Positions 1 through 9,256 of a stretch of 34,620 bases of DNA are shown piece after piece (positions within the stretch are counted from its first letter, which is position 1; the number at the start of each line of letters is the position of its first letter). The position numbers were made by a program, and so were the translations under genes. Source of the DNA: Macrostomum lignano (Eukaryota). The stretch is from contig NIVC01000370.1 in NCBI GenBank assembly GCA_002269645.1, positions 1-34,620 of the forward strand. The letters are read 5' to 3'. The notes beneath the pieces are model-generated. The model was not told where the DNA came from. It was given only the letters and a program-made list of their open reading frames with translations, and ran no database searches.

Positions 1-877
1 GACTGTTTAAGAGTCTAGCTGACAATGACCAGGAGTTAAAGTTTGCCCATTATTGATGCTTGGTCAAAGACATCAAAGAATTTCACAACAGAGTGTTCAT
101 AGTCACCTGGTGCCACCTGTTGAAGGTCCGCCTGGGTGAAGGCAACTGACCAACAACGTCAGAGCTGACGCAGACACATTTGGTCGACGTGCTGTTGAAA
201 TTTGGAGGCTTGGCAAGGCGCAGTGCTGTGCTGATTGGCGCACAGGGGTGTACTGAATGCACTAGCGCTTATGGAGAAAATCCGATCTTCTGGCAGAATC
301 GTCGAATATCTCGACGGTCCGGAGGGCTGGCGACTTGATTCTTGTTTGAGAAGGTGCGCAACAAAAACTTAGCCGGTGTTCTTGAATTTCGTGTGCCTGC
401 GTTGCTCCATTCCGGCGCAGCAAAAAAATTATCGGGGGGGGGGGAATTCCCCCTCTTGGTATTTCGACGGCCGGAAAAGGCTTGGAATTCCCACTGTTAA
501 TAACCGACACCACAGAGCTTTGGCAGGGCGATTTGTCTTCAGCTCACTTCACTGCCAACGCCGCAAGATTTTCCAACTCTCGTTCTGGAGCAGTGGATCT
601 GGGGTAGCGGTTTTCGATTTTGCTGAGCATAAATGACACACGCAGTCTTTCGAGTTTAGGGACTACCTAGATTATTTATTACCTAGATTTAGGATGAGCC
701 AGATTAAAGACTATTCGCCATACAATTTCTCTAAATTATTTTATTGCTTCAAGTCCTTCCTTTTAGAAGACAAGCAATCGTCACACTGCAAAACTCTTCT
801 TCGCCGAGTCAACTTTTATGTCTATGGTAAATCATTAATTAAGGTTTCACTAAAAATGAAATCACAAAAAGAGAATG

Positions 878-1940
878 ATTGCTGCTCGGAGCAGAACAGG
901 ACTCAAATGTGTATTTCAACAGGCTTTAAAACTGTTAACGCGATACCATTCAAAAGGGTTACTGAAAGGGCAGAAGCACCAAGCAAACACGAGTCAATAG
1001 GAGACAATTCTGCAGTTGGCTCATAAAAATGTTTGTTATGCTGAGTCCACCACCCGATGGGAAAGTGAGAATGTTTTTCACCTGGTGATTCCTGAGCACA
1101 GAGTTCTTCAGTTCGAGCGGCCCCGCCAGTCCCGCTTGCAGATTCGCTCACGTGACCTGAACGACCACTTGCAGACGCCGGAGCAGCAGTCTTTGTCCCG
1201 CCTGCAGCTCTGACGAAGTGGCTTACAGGAGCGCTTGCGCCTGCAGACTCGCTCACGTGACCTAAAGGACCACTTGCAGACTCCGGAGCAGCAGTCTTTG
1301 TCCCGTCTGCAGCTCTGGCGGTGCTCCTTGCAGGAACGGTTGCGCTTGCAGACTCGCTCACGTGACCTGAACGACCACTTGCAGACTCCGGAGCAGCAGT
1401 CTTTGTCCCGTCTGCAGCTCTGGCGGTGCTCCTGACACGAGCTCACGCACCTGCCTCGTCGACAGTCGCCGGTGCAGCAGCGTCGCCATGGACGGTCGTT
1501 GTCGCATCGGTCGCCTTCGCGCCTGCAAGCGTCTGTGGGATGTTGGGAAAGAATTTTTGGTACGGGTACACGCAATCCAGATATGGTCGTTCACGTCACG
1601 TGAGCGAGTCTGCTACAGCGTACCCGAATTTCTTTTTAGAGCAAAGCAAAGTGAACTCACCAATGCAGCAGATCAACACTGCCGCCATTGCGGCAAGGAA
1701 AATCAGAGTGGCCTTCATGCTTTCAAGTCTCCAAAGAGCAATTAGATCTTTGACTGTAGCAAGGTTAGGGTTGATCCAGACTTTCTGAGAGCTATCGCTT
1801 TTATGGACTATATCTTGCCAATGCAGTATTAATGGACAGCGTGCCAGGAGTGTTACGCAACACGAGCAATGAGACCTTTTGACAATTGATTTTGTCATGT
1901 TGATTAATTAGTACGACGTATCAACGTCCTAATTATTACC
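878..1940 (-). repeat. Left arm of ~1.06-kb inverted segmental duplication (knottin gene plus flanks)
   Basis: Reverse complement aligns with ~2880-3934 across promoter, exons, intron and 3' flank (e.g. TTGAAATACACATTTGAGTCCTGTTCTGCTCCGAGC). Outer limits approximate. Confidence 0.85.
1108..1718 (-). CDS. Secreted four-domain cystine-knot (ICK/knottin-like) precursor, copy 1; exons 1661-1718 and 1108-1532; 160 aa
   Basis: ATG at 1718 gives hydrophobic MKATLIFLAAMAAVLICCI. Phase-1 intron with GTGAGT donor (1660) and CCCACAG acceptor (1533). Exon 2 is open to TGA: DACRREGDRCDNDRPWRRCCTGDCRRGRC followed by 3x C-x6-C-x5-CC-x3-C-x10-C. Spliced length 483 nt, in frame. Confidence 0.9.
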
Positions 1941-3017
1941 TTGTACCAAATTGGAATTTTTATTTGAATTGGCGCATGTTGCAAGTTGCTCATCCGACAA
2001 ATTCTGAAGCAACAAAAACAAGGTTACTTTAGAGAACGAATTGATGTAATGTGTTGTGACATGGCGTGATCGGATCTAGCTATGCTCTTTCAACGGACGA
2101 GGGTTATACGAGCTATGCCTACGTGCTACGTCAAACCGCTGGCCTGACTGACTTCGAAACTTGAGAGGGTGGATCGCGTCGACCAACTCGATCAACCCGT
2201 CCTTGGCCGTCCCGAACTCAAGCCGCAGTCGACAAGGAGCACAGCACAACACGGAACGCAGAACGTACTTAACAAACTATAGGTAAAAATTCTTCGAATA
2301 CGATAATTCTGTCGGTTGATGAGAAGCAACAAATACATGTAATAACGCAGACACGCGGGCAAAGGGGAGAAGAGTGCAATAATGGGCCCACTTGATCGAA
2401 AGCGCAAGCGATTGCTCATCGGTGCAAGTGTACCGGGCACAACTAATGCAAATGGAACATTGCGCAAGAACGCTGCTTCTAAGCTGTGAAAACGGCTCCT
2501 TAACTCGGACATAAATCAGAAAGTTTGATATAGTCGTGGCATAATTCATAAAATCTGATCTTCTCGTACGCTCGTAGTCATGGCATAACTCAGCAAATTT
2601 GCCTAGTGTTGGCATCAGTCAAGGCATCGATCTAGTCGTGGCGGGATTCAACAAAACTTCAAGACATTCATCCTTCGGATTCAGCGCAAGCAGGTGTCGC
2701 TTCAGGTAAACTTCGGTAAGCTGCGAAGACCAGTAATTAACCCTGTTGGAGTAAATGGCTACGTGCACCGATCAAGAGCCAAGTGTTATTAACTGACGGC
2801 TCATCAGCGGTCTAAAAATTGTGGTAAAAAAATGCATAGATAAACAGATGTAATTACCATTCACCTGCTCCATTAATCAGGTAGGTAATTACGACTTTAA
2901 TTATAACTAATTAATACGGCAACATTAACTGTCAATAGTTCTCATTGCTCGTGTTATGCAACATGCCCATCGACCCTGGCACGATGTTCATTATTACTGC
3001 ATTGGCAAGAGATAGTC

Positions 3018-3024
3018 TATAAAA
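3018..3024 (+). promoter_or_regulatory. TATA box of knottin copy 2
   Basis: TATAAAA ~80 nt upstream of ATG 3105, with ATTGG at 3001. The homologous site in copy 1 reads CATAAAA (1799-1805, minus). Confidence 0.55.
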
Positions 3025-3104
3025 GCGATAGCTCTCAGCAAGACTGGATCAACCCTAACTTTGCTACAGTCAAAGATCGAATTGCCTTTTATAGATTTGA
3101 AAGC

Positions 3105-3691
3105 ATGAAGGCCACTCTGATTTTCCTTGCCGCAATGGCTGCAGTGTTGATCTGCTGCACTGGTGAGTTCACTTTGCTTTGCTCTAAAGAGAAATTCAGA
3201 TACGCTGTTCAGCCTGTGCGTGTGTACCCATACCCAACATTCTTTCCCAACATCCCACAGACGCTTGCAGGCGCGAAGGCGACCGATGCGACAACGACCG
3301 TCCGTGGCGACGCTGCTGCAGTGGCGACTGTCGACGAGGCAGGTGCGTGAGCTCGTGTCAGGAGCACCGCCAGAGCTGCAGACGGGACAAAGACTGCTGC
3401 TCCGGAGTCTGCGAGTGGTCGTTCAGGTCACGTGAGCGAGTCTGCAAGCGCAACCGTTCCTGCAAGGAGCACCGCCAGCGCTGCAGACGGGACAAAGACT
3501 GCTGCTCCGGAGTCTGCGAGTGGTCGTTCAGGACACGTGAGCGAGTCTGCAAGCGCAAGCGCAACCGTTCCTGCAAGGAGCACCGCCAGCGCTGCAGACG
3601 GGACAAAGACTGCTGCTCCGGAGTCTGCGAGTGGTCGTTCAGGACACGTGAGCGAGTCTGCAAGCGCGACTGGCGGGGCCGCTCGAACTGA
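3105..3691 (+). CDS. Secreted four-domain cystine-knot (ICK/knottin-like) precursor, copy 2; exons 3105-3162 and 3261-3691; 162 aa
   Basis: ATG 3105 gives MKATLIFLAAMAAVLICCT. Phase-1 intron 3163-3260 (GTGAGT...CCCACAG). Four six-Cys domains with basic linkers. Spliced length 489 nt, in frame. Confidence 0.9.
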
Positions 3692-4067
3692 TGAAGCACT
3701 CGGTGCTCAGGAATCACCTGGTTGACAAACATTCTCTTTCTCCTACATTTACCTGGTGGCGGACTCAACAGAACAGATATTCTTTTACTGTGGCAATATC
3801 TCCTTACAGACTCTTGTTTGCTTGGTGCTTCTGAACTTTCAGTACGCTCGTAACCCTTTTAAATGGTATCGCGTTTACAATTTTATAGCTTGTTGAAATA
3901 CACATTTGAGTCCTGTTCTGCTCCGAGCTGCAATACCACCACGATTTCAGTAAGTCACTTGCAAAAGAAGTCAAAGTGAAGAAATCAAGCTGGCTCGAGA
4001 AGCATTGATTCCTTCTGCTTCTGCCTGCTTTGGCTACCAAATGCATTGATTCAAGAGTATGAAATCA

Positions 4068-4119
4068 AACTGTGAATTTATACTTAATGGTAAAGCGATT
4101 TGTGTCGAAAATTGCAAAT
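4068..4119 (+). repeat. 52-bp dispersed direct repeat, copy A (copy B at 8643-8694)
   Basis: AACTGTGAATTTATACTTAATGGTAAAGC(G/T)ATTTGTGTCGAAAAT(T/C)GCAAAT; 2 mismatches between copies. Confidence 0.8.
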
Positions 4120-5196
4120 GGCAAAAATTGCAAAGTGGAGGCTTGTCTTTCAGTTTCTGGAGCTCGTTTGAAACGAAATATTCTTAGAAATTAACTATCG
4201 ATTTTTAACTATCGAAACTGCAATCTTCGCTGAAATATTTTCTGAAGATATTCAATAACCTCATTTAATTTATCTGCACATCTGCGCACGCTTATTAACA
4301 AGGTAAAGTGATCTTAATTTAAGCATGTTACGCCCAATGTTATTTTTTTAGTCTAATGCAAACTTCAGAAGGTTTTTCTATCAGGAAAGTACAGCACACA
4401 TGCTTTTGCGGCAGTAAAGATCCCATTGCGTGAAGCGAACACCAATGAAATGCGTTATAGAAATCATATATATACTAGCGTTCAGTGAGAATGAAGCCAG
4501 TTTCCGCCTCGTCCGCCCTTGTCCGCTCTCGTCCCCTTGTCTCCTGGCCCTCGCGCCATCGGCTCTCCGCCTCTTCGTCTCCTCAACTGCTCCGCTAGCT
4601 TGCCCCAACAATCGAGCCTGAACTCTGATATCCTGGTCTAACAAAGAGATAAATCTGGACAAACGTCAATTCGTGCAACAGTATCGATAAGTATCCTGTG
4701 GCTCTATTTTCACTGAATTGCTTAACAAATTTGCGTGATAAATATCTTATCAGAAATTGCAACCAACATGAATTAGTAATAAACATCCTTGTTGAAGGTT
4801 AGAGATCGAGAGAAGCAAATCGAACCTCTGACTTATTTAATTCACCAGAAACATCGACGATTGTAGTCATCGTCAAAGAGAGGGGGAACACCCCCAAAAC
4901 ACTTACTCAAACATTTGAAAGGAAAACCAAGACCAGTAGAGAACAAAAACGGCGCTGTTAATATAAGCTGGATTGAAAGCCCCTCGAGATTTGCCCGCAG
5001 TGCATTTTCCTGCAGCGCATTTAGCCACGCGGCGGATTTTGTCTGCACAATGCTTAGTAAGTTTTAATAAAGAGATTTACCGGATCAAAACGTTTTGGTA
5101 GTAACTGTATATCAAATGCATATATTTTTGGGAGGGGGGAAGGCAACGCAGACAGAATCTAGCTGCCAAATGCGCTGCAGGAAAAAGCATTATCAT

Positions 5197-5296
5197 CAAG
5201 GACAACTTGATATCTCAGGACCGGAAACGAGCCAATTCATGGCGAAAAAAGTATGAGGCTCGTTTAAAAGCATTGTTCTATGGCCCATCCGTATGC
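5197..5296 (+). repeat. Left TIR of P element
   Basis: CAAGGACAACTTGATATCTCAGGACCGG...CCGTATGC; reverse complement of 7355-7454. Confidence 0.92.
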
Positions 5297-5390
5297 TACG
5301 AAAGCGAAGAAATCTGAGCTGAAAATTGAGTTCTTCGCATGCACTTGCAATTGAGAGAGAGAACTTTTATTCTTGCTGAAACTAAATATC

Positions 5391-7090
5391 ATGCCGAGAA
5401 AATGCAGCGTCATTTTCTGTTGTGCAAACTACAATAGTAACCGTGATCGGAATGTTGCAGTATTTTCATTTCCTAAAGATGCAACTGAACGAGAGGCTTG
5501 GCGACTGTCTCTGCCTAATCAACTGACGGTAAGACTTTCTTCAAATGTGCTTTGTGAATCAGATTTACCCTGGCCACATGAATTCATTAACAATTCTGTT
5601 GTTGTTTAGACCGTGACAGACTACATGGGCGTGTGTGCTAAGCACTGGCCTCAAGATGCACCAATGATAAAAAAGGAAGAATGGTATATGTTCCCCATTT
5701 ATTTTGTTGTCTAGCGGGCAAAAGCAAGAGGTGTCTCGTTTATTGACCGAGGCGAAGCGTGCGAAGCCTCGGTCAATGATCGAGACACCTCTTGCTTTTG
5801 GCCCTAGACAGCTGAATGAGTGGGGAATATGATATGTATCCCCCGTTCGTTGTCTATGGTTGTTGTCTCGAATTTATCAGCCCGCGGGGCAGCGGGAAAT
5901 AAATGATTTATTCACCTAGGGAAATAAATGAAAACATGCGTCACATAGACACTCGCCCGGGGCAAAAGCTACATCCACCATCAGTTTTCGACGGAGTCCC
6001 GCAGTCCTGCCTCGTTCAAACACAAGGTTTGTGAAGTTCTACTGCTCAAATATTTGCACTCCATCAAATAGGGTCGAAACGAAACACTAAGGTGCGTGCT
6101 TGGATATTGCAGTGCATGCCAGTCGACATGCTGAGGGAAGGGGCGTGCTGCTGTCCGAACGATGCCTTTTCCAAGATGAACTAGTAGAATTTCGAGAGCG
6201 TGACACGCTGCCATCGTGGACTGAATTCCGAGCATCCATTCACTGTTCAAACGTCATCAAAGCACATCAGCTTATTGTTACCATTGTTCAAGAGGAGGTA
6301 AAATATTCAGAAAATATTCGGCATCTTCTCGTTAAGCGCCAATGCCGAAATGGTTCTGCGAGTTTTCGTTTCACCAAACTATTCCGTGCGATGCTTTCGG
6401 TTACACTCACCAGTTGCGGTTCGAGATCTGCTTGGATTTCAACCAACATTAAAGTATTGGTCGCAACTTGAAGCTATCATAAATCGTTGTAAAAACTCTA
6501 CAGTGGACGTCGAAAGTGAGGTGAGGGCATTATCTAAGAACCTTTCTATTGCCTTTAACCACGATGGAGTTGTACCGGACACATCGGTTACATTCATCCT
6601 GAAGCTACTCGAGTTCGCCACAACGCACCCAAACAATCGACGATACGACATTGCCACTATGCGCCAATCTGCTTTGCTTTACCTGATTAGCAGTTCTGCA
6701 TACGCGCATGCACAGACGCTCCTTCCTTTGCCCCACCAACGCACATTACGCACTCAGTTGGCTGGTCTAGGAGAGATTGGCACTGAAAATGATGCACACG
6801 AGATCGTAAAGGTCGCATTTGCCAAACTGAAACCGCAGCAGAAGTCTTGTGTGTTGATTTTCGATGAAATGTATGTCCAGCCATCGATTCGCTATCGGTG
6901 CCAACATCTGCTCGGCCAAGCGTCAGACAATCATAACAAAACTGCTCGAACAGTGCTCGCAATAATGTTGAAGCCATTGTTCGGCGGTAAGCCATTTGTT
7001 CTAAGGCTGATACCGATTTTTCTTCTTTCCGCCGACTTTTTGTACCATCAGCTTCGAAAGTGCATTCAACTCGTCAATCAACATGGAGGC
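5391..7090 (+). pseudogene. Truncated, interrupted THAP-domain P-element transposase
   Basis: MPRKCSVIFC...FSFPKD...AW, intron 5529-5609 (GTAAGA...TTTAG), then VCAKHW completes the THAP C2CH motif; PPSVF follows at ~5985. ORF 6350-7126 has LPLPHQRTLR, CVLIFDEMYV (first catalytic Asp), TARTVLAIML and GGKPF, and homology appears to end near HGG, before the remaining catalytic residues. Confidence 0.85.
5687..5965. mobile_element. Foldback/hairpin insertion interrupting the THAP coding region
   Basis: Arms 5708-5753 and 5766-5810 are ~90% reverse-complementary around loop GAAGCGTGCGAA, with outer TTCCCCA/TGGGGAA. It separates KHWPQD from PPSVF. Exact ends uncertain. Confidence 0.65.
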
Positions 7091-7354
7091 CTATTTATCA
7101 TGGTCAGCTCTTGTCCCGTTCTGTGACTGTTACTTTCCTCTCTGTTAGTTCAGATGAAGAAAGAATCGTAAATTTTTCTCGAGTTTCCTTATATATGTGC
7201 TGCATGTACAGCTTTCCCATTGTGCAGCTTCACGACGGTTACTTTATGTAATAAAACTATTCAACATTTAAGAAACCGACCCTGCACCCGCCTTCTGACT
7301 GCCTATCAAAAAGCCAAATATGATACGAGTATACATTGGCAACTGAAAACATGC

Positions 7355-7454
7355 GCATACGGATGGGCCATAGAACAATGCTTTTAAACGAGCCTCATAC
7401 TTTTTTCGCCATGAATTGGCTCGTTTCCGGTCCTGAGTTATTAAGTTGTCCTTG
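7355..7454 (-). repeat. Right TIR of P element
   Basis: GCATACGG...CCGGTCCTGAGTTATTAAGTTGTCCTTG; reverse complement of 5197-5296. Confidence 0.92.
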
Positions 7455-8103
7455 ATTATCATATAGTCTAGCCAACAAGTGAGTCAAAACAATGGAGATT
7501 TTACCATAGACAATTGACAATCAGGGTGCAATAATGCGCCAAAAATGCACGCTGGCGGCTTTCAGCGTGCAATAATGCAACAACACAAACTTTATTTTAC
7601 GAAAAGCAAACGTAGCTAATAGTTGAACATTTTTAACGAGCTCTTTGTCTAGTAGTCAGTGCTCTAGTAGTAACTCGAAAACTCAGTAACTCACTCAGTA
7701 CTCATCAGTACTCACTGATCACCGAATTTGAAGTTGCAATTGCTGAAACTACCACTCAGATGAATATGTAGCTCCGGTCGAACAGTATCGGCCGAAGATG
7801 CTTGAACGTCAACCTTGACATTTTGGACTGACGTCGTCATTCCAACACTTGCCACCCGCTTTGGGACCTCGGAGATAGACGTAGCATCCCCCGCCGAATC
7901 CATATCGCCAGATGGTCCGACGATAGCCACAGACTTATCGTTGGTCGCAGAAGACGAACTGGCTCCATACAGCGCACACTGAGACGAACAAATATCACGC
8001 TGTAGTGGAGAGAAAGATATTCCTTGCCTCCCTCAACCCTGTTCTTTGCAAATTGCCATAGACAAAAATGAATAGCCACTGTTGGCTAGTCTATATGATA
8101 ATG
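7455..8103. mobile_element. Putative ~650-bp inverted-repeat-bounded element, disrupted by the P insertion
   Basis: Removing the P element restores CATTATCATATAGTCTAGCCAACA, which matches the reverse complement of 8080-8103 at 23/24. No TSD seen. Confidence 0.55.
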
Positions 8104-8642
8104 TGATAGAAGCACGGCTTGCCATTGCGGGCAAACCTCGGCGGGCACTTTGTCTGTGGGCAATTCTCATGGACCCAGCATCTATAGTTTGTAAAAGCTC
8201 GCTTTCCCACTACCATCAATTCAGGTTTAGCCATATAATTGGCAAAATAAAGTTTTTAAATGCGAACTCTAAACTGCAAATGAAGCGATTAGATGCTTTG
8301 TCCAATATGGTTTCCGAAGTTTATCGTGCTGAAAAGTGTGAAAATATACTGATTAGAAGTATGTCAATAATCAAACCTTAAATGATTGAGTGAGCGAGTT
8401 TTTACGCTCGTACCATTCATGAATTAAGAATTGAGAGATATACTCTTACACGAAGAGTCTGAGTGCAGCCATGGGCGACACAGTGAGAAGGAATATAGCT
8501 TTTTGCGGTCAGTTTGAGCTTAGGAGCAGCTGACTTAATCCAGAGTGGCAGAGCTTTCAAGACAACTGCTGCCCCTAGTCTAGGCTCGTATGGCCCAAAC
8601 TGCGACTGGTAAGCTCAATCTTTGGAGCATCCAACATAGTCC

Positions 8643-8694
8643 AACTGTGAATTTATACTTAATGGTAAAGCTATTTGTGTCGAAAATCGCAAAT
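8643..8694 (+). repeat. 52-bp dispersed direct repeat, copy B
   Basis: Matches 4068-4119 with 2 mismatches. Confidence 0.8.
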
Positions 8695-9256
8695 CACAAA
8701 AAGTGAGAATGAAAAGAAAAGTGCACCATCACTAATTTTTGTGTTGCTAAAATTAGTTAACTTTTAAATTACTTTGGACAAAACGTGCGCACCTACTCGC
8801 TGCATTTGCAATTCTGTAGTTTAGAATTGGGAGAATTTGTTCGTTCAGAGTTAAAAACTAAACTGCTTCCATCTCGCCAATACTTTTGTGTACTTTTTGC
8901 ACTACCAACCGTTCAATTTAACTTGTATAGGAAGGTTTTGATCCCCCTGGCGCAACTTCTTCAGCGACATCGTCCCACAAGCTGCGGTGATTCTGCATAT
9001 TCCGCTGAGCGCACCCAAGTGCGCGGATACAGTTCTTTTTGTACAAGCCCCAAATGAATATGGTCACGTATCAGGAATCGAATCAGGGGTTGTGGCGCGT
9101 GACTCAGAGACGCGTTTACCGCTCAGCTGCTCCCTCCTAACTTATTCAACTGGTTTTTTAACTAGCTACTCGTCAGAAAAATTAAACAGAGACAAAATAG
9201 GCACCGAAACCAATTTTTAGTGGTCAGAGTTCTCATTCGTCCAACAGCCACGGACT

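Larger units (their letters stand above)
2880..3934 (+). repeat. Right arm of inverted segmental duplication
   Basis: Partner of 878-1940. Limits approximate. Confidence 0.85.
5197..7454 (+). mobile_element. P-superfamily DNA transposon, internally deleted (non-autonomous), 2,258 bp
   Basis: 100-bp TIRs starting CAAGG with 2 mismatches. Perfect 8-bp TSD ATTATCAT (5189-5196 and 7455-7462). Internal THAP and P-type transposase coding sequence. Confidence 0.92.

Noticed and set aside
1-640. Short ORFs and a possible Cys/His knuckle-like minus-strand fragment
   Set aside because: Interrupted by stops, with no recognisable domain or splice chain.
2192-2720. Spacer ORF fragments with a faint hAT-dimerisation-like stretch (LVVPGTLAP...SSGPII)
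   Set aside because: Resemblance too weak; no TIR or TSD found. A profile search would be needed.
903-3768. Alternative-frame and antisense ORFs over the knottin genes (ESASAT..., LQTRSR...)
   Set aside because: By-products of the GC-rich repeated exon; only the Cys frame has a signal peptide and a consistent splice phase.
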